From positions 89,778,001-89,842,000 of the forward strand of contig OZ076409.1 of assembly GCA_964187785.1 (NCBI GenBank): a stretch of DNA of 64,000 nucleotides, read 5' to 3'. Below, one piece after another: positions 32,061 through 44,053 of the stretch (within the stretch, counting starts at the first letter, position 1; the number at the start of each line of letters is the position of its first letter). The translations under genes were made by a program, and so were the position numbers. A model generated the notes under the pieces. The model saw only the letters and a list, made by a program, of their open reading frames with translations. It was not told the origin of the DNA and made no database searches. Origin of the DNA: Amphiscolops sp. MND2022. Its lineage: Eukaryota.

Positions 32061-33492
32061 AATTTCAGTGATTGAATGGGTCGAGATATTACTCTTTTAG
32101 ATGCTATCCTGTTTTCACTTTTTACACTGTCCTCACCTAATATGGGTTCTATACTGTGTATGCAAGCTCACCCTCGCTGTCGAAAGAGCCAGATCTCACA
32201 ACGATTGCTTCGCTATCTGTGTTCCCGCTGGGTCTTTGCTCCTGTTCGACCTCGCTTAGCAAGATTGGAACATAGGCGGCCCAAGAGGCCGCAGGGCTCT
32301 AGAAGAAATAAGGACATACTCGAGACACGTTTTATGCATTGAATCACTTTATAGTTTTAGATTTTGATTGACGTAAATCCTGTTTTTCAGACGGAATACC
32401 TTCTTTTTTGTTTTTTTTTTGTATTTTGGACGTTGTTCCTGTTGTCCCGAAAACAGAATAAGACGTGCCATATGGGTAGACAGTAAATTGGTAGCAAACA
32501 ATTTTGAAGAAATAAGTTTGTAGAAAAACGACATTGAGTTTGAAGAAAAAATTCTCCAAACTCACCCACCTATAATAAGTTTGTAGAATTCGACAAACTT
32601 GCTTTCTACAAATTTACTAAAAACCGCCATATTACAAGGCCTCAAAAGTTCTACTTGGCGAAGGAGGCCAAGCGACTGAGCCAAACAAATTTGCTAACCC
32701 TCTTCAATTAAATTAGGTTTCTTGCATTTTGGCTGTAACGACATATATTCGTCACAAACGATCTTACTCGTTTGGCTGAAGTCTGCTGTATGGAACCGAA
32801 CTTAGATTTTTGCTGTAATAATAGGCTGTTATTCTAGCTTTTAAAACCTATTTTGTAAGTTTTCGATAGTTTGGATGTTTTTTATTGTTTCAACGATAGC
32901 AGGAGTTTTATCGGAATCTAAAGATTTCAACTTGTTTAGTGAAGTTTTTGTCGTGATACTGAAAAATTCAGATCGATTCTTCTTTAGAAAGTTTGAGCGT
33001 GAGATTTGAATTTCTCAAGCTACCGACTTTTCGTTTCTCGTGCGATGGAATGAGCGAGTGGTAATTATGCTTTCGTACGTCGAGTTTTTGAGCTGAAGCG
33101 AACGAGTGGTAGTTATTCGTTCGCCGAGAGCCTCGCTTGCATTCAAATGCGAATGCGAAATTCGTCTACGCTTTGTGAATTTGTATATACTTTAGTCTGA
33201 CAAAAAATAAAGGCGGTGTAAATTGGTAGTGATTAATTTTGCGATATTTAAATGATTAAGATATGTTTCTATACTAGAAGATGAATATACATCTGAAATG
33301 CATAAATAATACTGTGCTACAGAGGTGCCTATTTTCGAATACTAGACGGTAATCCAGTTTTCAGACATTGTTCATCTCAAAGACGTTTTTCCACTTTTTA
33401 GACGTTTTTCCGATTCCGAATTTTTAGACGTTATTCTTTATCTTTCCAGTTTAGATGTTTTTCTTTCAGAGAAATGGGTAAACAGCTGGTGT

Positions 33493-33692
33493 NNNNNNNN
33501 NNNNNNNNNNNNNNNNNNNNNNNNNNNNNNNNNNNNNNNNNNNNNNNNNNNNNNNNNNNNNNNNNNNNNNNNNNNNNNNNNNNNNNNNNNNNNNNNNNNN
33601 NNNNNNNNNNNNNNNNNNNNNNNNNNNNNNNNNNNNNNNNNNNNNNNNNNNNNNNNNNNNNNNNNNNNNNNNNNNNNNNNNNNNNNNNNNNN
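33493..33692. other. Assembly gap (200 N)
   Basis: Run of N. The 22 nt before it (gaaatgggtaaacagctggtgt) match the CRE-like endonuclease region at 46952-46973. Confidence 0.98.
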
Positions 33693-34381
33693 TCATGTTT
33701 GATTTTCTTCCGTTTTTTCGAAGGTTTTTTTTCATCCTTTTCCTCGGGCTTGACTTTGGACAAACAACATCCGTTTCTCTAATTTGTTGACCGTAGTTTG
33801 TATTCTGGGTCTGCTTCCAGGTGAATGCTCTTCAGCTCAGTCAAAAACAAGGGTCTTTCTGTTTCCCATGTGAAATTAATCTTGTCTTCGCATCAAATAT
33901 AACGATGCCAGTTCCACTCCCAACCAGAGCGCTGACATTAAACTATAACTTTACCTCTAGTTTGACACTGTAGACACAAGAATTTCAATTTTTTGGCTAG
34001 TCGTACAGGGTTGGTTGTTGTTGCTTTTTTGTGCCGAGATAAGAGTCATTGATTATGTCGTGCCAAATAATAAATTTTCTGCTTCTGCTAAAAACTCCAC
34101 GATTCAGAATGTTCTGTAAAGTTTGAGGCTGTTTTTGGCGGTGCTATCGAAACTTAATCCAGCCGGAGAGTAGTAGTAACATCTGAAGAGTTTCTGTTGC
34201 CGATTGGGGATAGAATTAAAGTTACAGTCCAATGAGCAGGCACCGATTATAATTACCATAAATGAACGATGAGAAGATATGAATAGATGATCTCCAAAGG
34301 TCATTAAAATTGGAAGGGACTAGAAGAAGTTAATTTACTTTGGTGTAATACATACACATATATATATTTATATGTAACATC

Positions 34382-34900
34382 TCAGACTAAATGCTTGCCT
34401 TCCTCCCAGGGCGCTAGAATATTTCCATATGGGTGCTTTCCGTCCGTTCGGTCAGACCACATAGTTCCAAAATTGAAGGAACTTTGATGGAACTCAGCGC
34501 CTGTTTCACGAAAGTATTGAGGTTGTGATGCCTCGAGAAACGTCCCCGAGCTTCTGGCACAGGAAAGACCATGATGTCCGTTCTCTTCGACAATTTTACC
34601 ACAACGGCAAGTGTATTTCGCAAACTTTCGCACCCAGGCGGAGGGATAACGAGATGCGCAGTTGCTGATCTGTCAACCTCAGACCGAGATTTGTGCTTGG
34701 TACAACATTCAGCCAAGCTGAACCAATGGGGTTTTGGTGGGCATTCAACTTTTGACATTTTCCGCTTCAAGGTTTGTTATAAGTTGATCAAAACTAGCAT
34801 CGCTCAAAAAAGACGTCCAACGTTTTTGGATGAAGTCCGACGGTGCTTCTGTTAGGGTGGGGTATTTTTGGATCGCACTTTTGTGTGAGCGAAAATTAGA
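34382..34900 (-). mobile_element. CRE-like REL endonuclease fragment
   Basis: C.CG..V...GHHGLSC, RH.NLN, RTDGK.P, PWEEGK.L. Confidence 0.75.
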
Positions 34901-35072
34901 TCGATATGGATCGAAAATTTTGAGATTGAATTGTTAAGTTTTTGCAAGGTTTTTGCTCCTGCAAAGCGTTTAAAATGTTTTAGGTACTTTTCCCCACCTA
35001 ATATGGTGCACGCTACAACAAACAGATATGATGTAAAGGACTAGAAGAAGAAGTTAATTTACTTTGGTGTAG

Positions 35073-35103
<31 letters not shown>

Positions 35104-35159
35104 GTATAGTATATGTATATGTATAGTATAGTATATGTATAGTATACATATATATATAT

Positions 35160-37420
35160 GAATAAAATATACAAAAAACATAGTTTTTAAAAAATATATA
35201 AATTTCATCACTTTTGCCTCTCGTCGAAGGAGCAGCATATTTCAAATGTTCAAAAACATAGATATCATAAATATTCATTATACGGCTTCGTTCGAACCGC
35301 TCATCGGACGGATGTCTTCGGTTTTTAAAAAAGATATTTCGCAGTACTTTCGTTTGCAGCAGAAGTTTGTCCTTCAATTTAATTTTCCTCGTGCAACCGC
35401 CGTATTGGATGATAGACTTCGTGTAAATGTTATAACATCTGACCACTATTGAACTTTTACAAAAATGTTAACTGCAATACCACTGATACATATTTAGTTA
35501 TTTACCAAGTAAATTTTGAACATGGTCTTCGAAGGTCAGATTTCTATCCAGGTGAACACACAGATACTTAACAGATTTGGTTGGAGATAAGGTAGTATAT
35601 GCCATTTTACCACCTTCATCCTGACAGCTTAAGAAGTGCACAAGCTCAGTCTTGCCAATTTGAAGGCTCAATTTATTTTTTGCCATCCAAGACGGTATAT
35701 GCTCAACTTTATCTTGAAGTGTCGAAGTAGCGTTTTTCGGGCGAATATACACACAGTTAGTATCATCTGCGTACAAGAAGGTGCAATATTATCAAAAGAG
35801 CTTTGAAAATCACTGACGTGTATTAGGAACAATAGCAGTACCAGAATCCATCCTTATGGTACACCACACTCAACAGCTAGGTTATTTCTATAAGCTTTTC
35901 TTAAATCTAACAGCATACAGGATACATCAAGATAGATCTCAATCCAGATCAGATCCGTTTAGTCCGTTAGTGCTTGCAATGTACTCGTTTTTGATCTCGA
36001 ATCCGAAATTACGACAATAGAAAATATTGTTTACTTGCATGAATTGATACCGTCTCGCGAAAACTACGCGCTCAAAGACTTTGCTCGGAACCGATAAAAT
36101 TGATTTAGGTCTATAAGTCTCACAATTGCTCTTTTTCCCAGATTTAAAGTTTTAAACAAGCTTTCAGAATCTTCGAGAAAACTCCACTTGATAATTATTG
36201 GTTGACAAGGTAGGTTAGTCTATGACAGATCACATCAAGACTAACTCAAAATTTTTCTGCAGTTCGCCAATTTAATACTGTCGCTTTATGGTTCGAAAGG
36301 TTTCGTACAATTTTCAAGTTTTCCAGGGAATCAGTTGGATAGAAAAAGAGGGACTTCTCATTGTTAGCTAATCCTTCAATAACGAATGGAACAGTGCGGC
36401 TACAGTTTTGCTTATCGAAACGAACGTCTCCTTGAACAAGTTTGATAAGGTAAAATCATCTGTGTTCAATTTGTTTTAATTGTCTGCGATTATGAAGTTA
36501 CAGTTCTTCTTCCGTTTACCAGGTAGTCGAATCAATTCATTGATTGAGCTCGCATACGCGATTTCTCATTTTCATGTATTTAGTTTTGACGGAGTGCGAA
36601 ATCGCTTGTATCTGTTAAATGGGAAGTTTCGCCGAATTAAGCTTTTCTTTACATCTTTGTCGAACGAAGTGTTTGTTTTGATTTTGCAAGTTTTATTTTT
36701 TCTTTGAAAGTGAAAACGTTGACGGCCGTTGTGAGTGCATCAGCCACAATTCCAGTTGTTCTATTGACGTCTTGTTCTAAATTTGATCGCTCCAGACAAT
36801 GCCCTAAGCAGTTTAAGTATTTCTTTTTAATTGGCGTTGTTGCCCTGTTTCGTTGAAAACGAATGGCTTGTGATTTGGTTATTTACAAATGGACATAAGT
36901 TCCATAAAGATCTGTAATATTGGATTTGATGTTGTATTTGTTATATCCAAATGGACATAAGTTCCATAAAGATCTGTAATATTGGATTTGATGAGTTCCA
37001 TAAAGATCTGTAATATTTGATTTGATGACACCAAACTCAAGATTGTTTAGGAAATCATTGTGTATTATGTGATCAAGAAGTGAATTTGAGGTTGGGTAGA
37101 TGTAACACGCGTAGATTCTTTCATACCTTGATAGCATCCATTCATTTTCAAAGACTTTAAATACTTATTATCAAGTAGATCAATATTCATGTCACCAACA
37201 AGAAAACGGTTGCTCATCTGACAAAAACCTTCAAGAAGAACTTCGAAGTGCTCCAACACGTATTGTTTGTTGACCGAGGGATGGTATAAACAAACTACGT
37301 TATTTTTTTCTGTTTCAGATTGGTACAACTAATTGCAAGGTAATTCAAATCAATTGCAGTGTCAAATTCTATTATCTCAAAATAGAGTGATTCATGGACG
37401 TATATTGCCACACCTTCATT
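35160..37420 (-). mobile_element. Decayed APE-type LINE ORF2 ending at an AT microsatellite
   Basis: GDMNIDL, SLLDHI, YADDT, KYL.V.LD..L.F..H. Small internal tandem repeat at 36885-37030. AT-rich repeat at 35070-35160. Confidence 0.82.
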
Positions 37421-38028
37421 TCTAGTTTCTCCTGCAAAAATTCCTTTGGTGCCAAATTATCAAAAGCATAAAAGTCTGCAGCGGATGATTCATCCATCGC
37501 CGTTTCGGAGCATGTTTCTCTGAAACTAGCTAATAAAGTTATCACAACAAATATGATGAAAACCAAACCTACTCGATTCGAGTACATGGCCATGGAAGTA
37601 CAGCGTTCTTCAGACGAGAGCAGTGAAATTTTCATCACGCGTCTCAAAAAAGATCTGTCGTTCGCACGACGATCAACGAGCTGGCAGCGATATTGAACCA
37701 GTTTGTAGAAAACCAAATTGTAGAATTCAGTTTGTAGAAAAGTGAGGTAAAATTTTATTCTTGAATGAAATGATTTCGCATTTGACTCATTTTTTAAATC
37801 AATGGAAGGAAAAATTATTGATTGTATTCATTATATGTTGATCAATTGTATTACGTTACTTTTGTACTACTTCATGTTCCACGTTTCCAATTTGCATTTT
37901 GTACAATGTTTTTATCCGCTTCTGCGTTTTTTGTTGTACTACTTTTATGTTCGATGTTTACAATTGAACATGTCGTGATTTAGTCAATTTGATCTACGTA
38001 ATTGCAAAAGTTGTGTTAGTTCTATTTC

Positions 38029-39376
38029 CAGGGGTTGGAAAGCCATAATGGCCATAACCAAAAATGACCATAAATATAGGGAAATTATTTATGGTACTGG
38101 GTTTAAAAATGGCCAATATTTATGGAAAGCCATCCATATATGGCACCCTTTTTCAACACATAATTTTGAAGTTTAGTAATGATCAACCAATAATTTTTCA
38201 ACTTCTAATTTTCAGATAGGTCTTTCGGGTGCCAGAAGCGCGAAACGTTTCGCGAGGCATAACAACCTTAACATTCTATTGAAACAGGCGCTGAGTTCCA
38301 TCAAAGTTCCCTAATTTCTGGAACCAAATGGTCTGACACGAACAGAAGGAAAGCGCTCAGACGGAATTACCCTTGCGCCCTGGGAGGAAGGCAAGCAATT
38401 AGCTTGGGATGTTACTTGTGTCGATCTTCTTGCCCCCAGCAGAATAGAGAACGGATCTGTTGCCAACCCAGGCACAGCCGCTGAGGATGCAGAGGAATTG
38501 AAAACAGCTAAGTACGTTTGTTTGACTGACAAAGGATACATCTTCCAACCCTTAGCCTTTGAATTTCAGGAGGAGTCGGACCTTCGACGTCCACGTTCTT
38601 GAAGAACTTGTCTGAAAAATTCTGCGTGTTCAACCAGGAAAATAGAGCCGGGTCGTTTTTCAGGCAGAGACGCTCTCTCGCAACCCAGGCAGGCAATGCG
38701 GCCAGTGTAGTTGGAACGGTTCGGGACGAAGACCTTTTGAGCGAACTTTACTACTTGTAAAGCTGTGTTCAATGACCGTTTTGTTTAATCAAGAAATTTG
38801 TTTTCGCTTCATTATCGTTACTTTTTTACGAGCCTCATTGAGTTTCTGTATTGAAATGTCCTCGATCCTGTGAACTCTCAGGTTGCATGATCTCGTTTCT
38901 CAATTCTTTTTGTTTCCTTTCGCGATTGGATTATTTTTTGTCTGTCGCCCGGGCTGGGGCACATAATGAATGAAAAAGCATTTTTTAAAACGCTGATTGA
39001 TGACGACGATCCAATGCTGATCAGAATAAAAAAAATTTCAGATTGACATGGATCTCCAAAAAGAATCAGTTGTTGAGTTCAAAGCCAAAATTGTCAGAAC
39101 CCCATTCCTTCCAATTCATTTTGAGGAGAATTTGTATCTAGCTGTCAATCAAAAGTATTGGGACATTGATACACTGTCCTCGGTTTTTCAATCTGATTGA
39201 TTAATTGATAATTCTGAAAACTGATCTTCGAAATTCATTTTTTTCAAGTTTGTTTTTGTATACTATAAATTTGGCCAATATGGACTTTATTTATGGAAAA
39301 AGAAACTTATGAATATATTTATGGTAGTGAAATTTCAGGTACCATATTTATGGCCACACCATAGTTCCAATCCCTG
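38029..39376. mobile_element. hAT-like MITE containing a CRE-like REL 3' fragment (~38218-38760)
   Basis: TIR CAGGG(G/A)TTGGAA, TSD (T/C)CTATTTC, ccata/tatgg subterminal repeats, internal R.DG..PWEEGKQLAWDVTCVD. Confidence 0.8.
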
Positions 39377-39668
39377 CCTATTTCATTTAGTCCTATATCC
39401 GTTAGTCCTATTTCCTTTAGCCTAATTGATGTGATGGGCTTGTTGATGAGCTTCAGGGATGGCAATGATTTGAATCTCTGACATTGTTTTGTTGGTTTGT
39501 CGCTGCACGTGGGCTGAAAGAACCATCACAACCCAGTGAGATAATTCCGTTTTTATTTCATTTTAACAATTCAAGGTTTTGTTTTATATACGGATTGCTT
39601 CTTCACTGTTGTGATTCTTTTTGGGGAGACTGGTAATCCTGCAATTGGTTAGGTTTCGAGGTTGAGTT

Positions 39669-41890
39669 GTGATGAAAAACAATGAAACCTGCAACGCTCC
39701 GAAGTGTCTGAAGCCTTCAGGGTTGATAGACTGGATAAATTGTAGGCTTTGCAACGGATGGGGTTACATAAAATGCCCCAATTTATCAAGAACGGAAGCC
39801 CGGAGTCTTGCTGAATTTAAATGTAGTAGATGCTCTTTTGTGAACACATTCCCTCAGTGTCACGATGATAACTTTAGACCAGACACCCTTTTTAATTCAG
39901 GCGTTGTTCATTTGAAAAGAGTTCCTAAAAAATCACGGATCCCTCCAGCTGAAAACTTGATACCCAAAATTAATGATACTCGTAAAACCCCGTCAAAGAT
40001 TGCCTTGTGGTGCTTTTTGCTCTCCTCTCTAAGCTGTTTTTTGGAAAAACCACCTCAAGGAGGTAAACGTCAGAGGTCATCACTCGAGATGGTGTCATTG
40101 AGAGAACACCGAAAAGCGACAGAAAACCGCAGCAGAAAAGCCAGTTAGATCGACGACTGCGTTCAATTTGCACTAAATTGGACGAAGGTAATATTAAGGT
40201 CGGAATCAGAATCGCAGTAGGCGACGACAACTTTGCAGATTTCACGGTCAACAACTACGCTGCCCTCAAGTTGAAACATCCGCAAAGGAAAACTTGCTCT
40301 GTTCCGGACCCCACAGATATCGATTGTTTTGAAAGATTTGACTGCCAAGTCGAACAGGCAAATTGGACTGAATTTTCTCAAAGCCTTAACAAATCTTGCG
40401 AATGTAATTCTCGAAGAAAAAGTAGCTTTCGAACTTCGGCCGTACATCTTTGGTGCGAAACTATTTGCGCTAAAAAAGCCCGATGGAGGACTTCGTCCTA
40501 TCGCTCTAGGCAATACTCTCCCCCGATTGTCCGCAAAATGTGCCGGATACCATGTCTTCGAATCACCTCAAGCAAAATACGGAAATCGACAAGTAGGTGT
40601 AGGTACAAAAAGGGGCGCTGAATTGGCCTCACATGTTTTCCGTTGTTTGATAGAAAGCCCCCAGCCGAAAGAAAATGTAAATTTGAAAATTGACTTTGAA
40701 AACGCTTTCAATTCGATAAATCGGCAATTCATGCTAGATAAACTTTTTGAAATACACCCTGAAGTTTATAAGTATTCACATTCAGCGTACAGTTAGCCAA
40801 GTTTTCTTTTTTTACGGTGATTCGGTAATCAAATCTTGTGAAGGGACCCAGCAAGGAGATCCTGAGTCTCCAGCTTTGTTTTCGGATTCCAATCAGGATC
40901 TGATTGACAGTTTGGAGTCGAAAAAAACTTATGGTACCTTGACGATGGGAATTTAAGTGATGATTACCGAACCGCTTCGAAAGATCTCAAAAAAATTGTT
41001 GAAGCGGAAAGAACGCTGGGACTTAAAATTAAACCCACGAAATGTGAATTTATTTTCCCTGAAGATATCACTGAAAAACGACGATCGAAAATTTTAGCAT
41101 CTTTCCAAAAACTTTGCCCCGGGATCAAAACACCAAAGAAAGATGTACTTATCATTCTTGGTTCACCGCTCGGCCCGAAATCACAAGCAGACCTATTAGA
41201 AAAGAAAATTAATGAACTGGAAAAAGTTAACAGGGTTGTTGAAAAACTAGATGCGCACTATGGTTTTTTATGTTGAAAAAATGCTTCAGTTTGCCAAAGT
41301 TGTTGTACTTTCTGAGAACCAGTACATGTTTTAATCATCCAGCTCTCTTGGAAAAATTTGACAAAACCGTGCGCGACGGACTTTCCAAAGTGTGTAACGT
41401 GAACTTCGGCGATATTTCGAGTACTCAGCTGGCACTGCGTGCTGCGATGGGTGGTCTTGGGATTTCATCCGCATCATTATTAGCACTTCCCGGCTTTCTG
41501 GCCTCAGCTTTTGGCGCGAATGTCTCACGACGATTATCTCGGAAACATTCGAAGATGTTTCGTTTACAAAAGCGCTTGAGAAGTGGTTGAGTTTGACGAA
41601 TGAACAGGAAAGTCCTCTCGATGGAACTCAGAAAAATTAGACACAACCTGTCTAAGTCAAAACCGCCCAAGATTTGATTCTTAGAATGGATGATAAGCGT
41701 TCGAAAGATTTTAACGATCATCAAGGCAATTTCGGATCTCAAGGCTAAACGTTGTTCCTTGCAAGAACTTATGCCTGAAACCTGATGATCACCAACTTCG
41801 AATTTCAATTGGTTTGCGTCTCAGTGCCAACATCTGCGTTGCGCATACGTGCCACTGTGGTAAAAGAGTTGAACGGGACTGTGTACAGGT
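39669..41890 (+). mobile_element. CRE-like non-LTR retrotransposon copy 1 (PHD-RT), decayed, 3' part absent
   Basis: PHD-like Cys pattern at 39690-39833, GGLRPIA, KIDFENAFNS, GTQQGDP, WYLDDG (frameshifted), GGLG, C.C. Confidence 0.85.
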
Positions 41891-42413
41891 GGAGTGTACG
41901 CCTTTAATCTAATTGCTTGGGTCTAATGGAATTAGATCTAACTGTTAGGTCTAACTTTCAGATCTAATTTTATCTAAAACACTTAGGTCTAACCCTTTAT
42001 GATCTAATATGTGTTCTGAAAGCGAGAATATAATGTGGGGCATATGTGATGTATGCACGCTCGCCCTCACCGTCGCAAAGACCAGCTCCCACTACTATCG
42101 CTTCGCGATCTTTGTTCCCGCTAGGTCTTTGCTAGGTCCCGCTTCTTGAATGAAATGATTTCGCATTTGACTCTTTTTTTAAATCAATGGAAGGAAAAAG
42201 TATTGATTGTATTCATTATATGTTGATCAATTGTATTACGTTACTTTTGTACTACTTCATGTTCCACGTTTCCAATTTGCATTTTGTACAATGTTTTTAT
42301 CCGCTTCTGCGTTTTTTGTTGTACTACTTTTATGTTCGATGTTTACAATTGAACATGTCGTGATTTAGTCAATTTGATCTACGTAATTGCAAAAGTTGTG
42401 TTAGTCCTATTTC

Positions 42414-43761
42414 CAGGGGTTGGAAAGCCATAATGGCCATAACCAAAAATGACCATAAATATAGGGAAATTATTTATGGTACTGGGTTTAAAAATGGCCA
42501 ATATTTATGGAAAGCCATCCATATATGGCACCCTTTTTCAACACATAATTTTGAAGTTTAGTAATGATCAACCAATAATTTTTCAACTTCTAATTTTCAG
42601 ATAGGTCTTTCGGGTGCCAGAAGCGCGAAACGTTTCGCGAGGCATAACAACCTTAACATTCTATTGAAACAGGCGCTGAGTTCCATCAAAGTTCCCTAAT
42701 TTCTGGAACCAAATGGTCTGACACGAACAGAAGGAAAGCGCTCAGACGGAATTACCCTTGCGCCCTGGGAGGAAGGCAAGCAATTAGCTTGGGATGTTAC
42801 TTGTGTCGATCTTCTTGCCCCCAGCAGAATAGAGAACGGATCTGTTGCCAACCCAGGCACAGCCGCTGAGGATGCAGAGGAATTGAAAACAGCTAAGTAC
42901 GTTTGTTTGACTGACAAAGGATACATCTTCCAACCCTTAGCCTTTGAATTTCAGGAGGAGTCGGACCTTCGACGTCCACGTTCTTGAAGAACTTGTGTGA
43001 AAAATTCTGCGTGTTCAACCAGGAAAATAGAGCCGGGTCGTTTTTCAGGCAGAGACGCTCTCTCGCAACCCAGGCAGGCAATGCGGCCAGTGTAGTTGGA
43101 ACGGTTCGGGACGAAGACCTTTTGAGCGAACTTTACTACTTGTAAAGCTGTGTTCAATGACCGTTTTGTTTAATCAAGAAATTTGTTTTCGCTTCATTAT
43201 CGTTACTTTTTTACGAGCCTCATTGAGTTTCTGTATTGAAATGTCCTCGATCCTGTGAACTCTCAGGTTGCATGATCTCGTTTCTCAATTCTTTTTGTTT
43301 CCTTTCGCGATTGGATTATTTTTTGTCTGTCGCCCGGGCTGGGGCACATAATGAATGAAAAGGCGTTTTTTAAAACGCTGATTGATGACGACGATCCAAT
43401 GCTGATCAGAATTCAAAAAATTTCAGATTGACATGGATCTCCAAAAAGAATCAGTTGTTGAGTTCAAAGCCAAAATTGTCAGAACCCCATTCCTTCCAAT
43501 TCATTTTGAGGAGAATTTGTATCTAGCTGTCAATCAAAAGTATTGGGACATTGATACACTGTCCTCGGTTTTTCAATCTGATTGATTAATTGATAATTCT
43601 GAAAACTGATCTTCGAAATTCATTTTTTTCAAGTTTGTTTTTGTATACTATAAATTTGGCCAATATGGACTTTATTTATGGAAAAAGAAACATATGAATA
43701 TATTTATGGTAGTGAAATTTCAGGTACCATATTTATGGCCACACCATAGTTCCAATCCCTG
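42414..43761. mobile_element. Duplicate of the hAT-like MITE
   Basis: Same TIR, perfect TSD CCTATTTC. Confidence 0.8.
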
Positions 43762-44053
43762 CCTATTTCATTTAGTCCTATATCCGTTAGTCCTATTTCC
43801 TTTAGCCTAATTGATGTGATGGGCTTGTTGAATAGCTTCAGGGATGGCAATGATTTGAATCTCTGACATTGTTTTGTTGGTTTGTCGCTGCACGTGGGCT
43901 GAAAGAACCATCACAACCCAGTGAGATAATTCCGTTTTTATTTCATTTTAACAATTCAAGGTTTTGTTTTATATACGGATTGCTTCTTCACTGTTGTGAT
44001 TCTTTTTGGGGAGACTGGTAATCCTGCAATTGGTTAGGTTTCGAGGTTGAGTT

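Noticed and set aside
33431..33782. ORFs spanning the N run
   Set aside because: Artefacts of the assembly gap.
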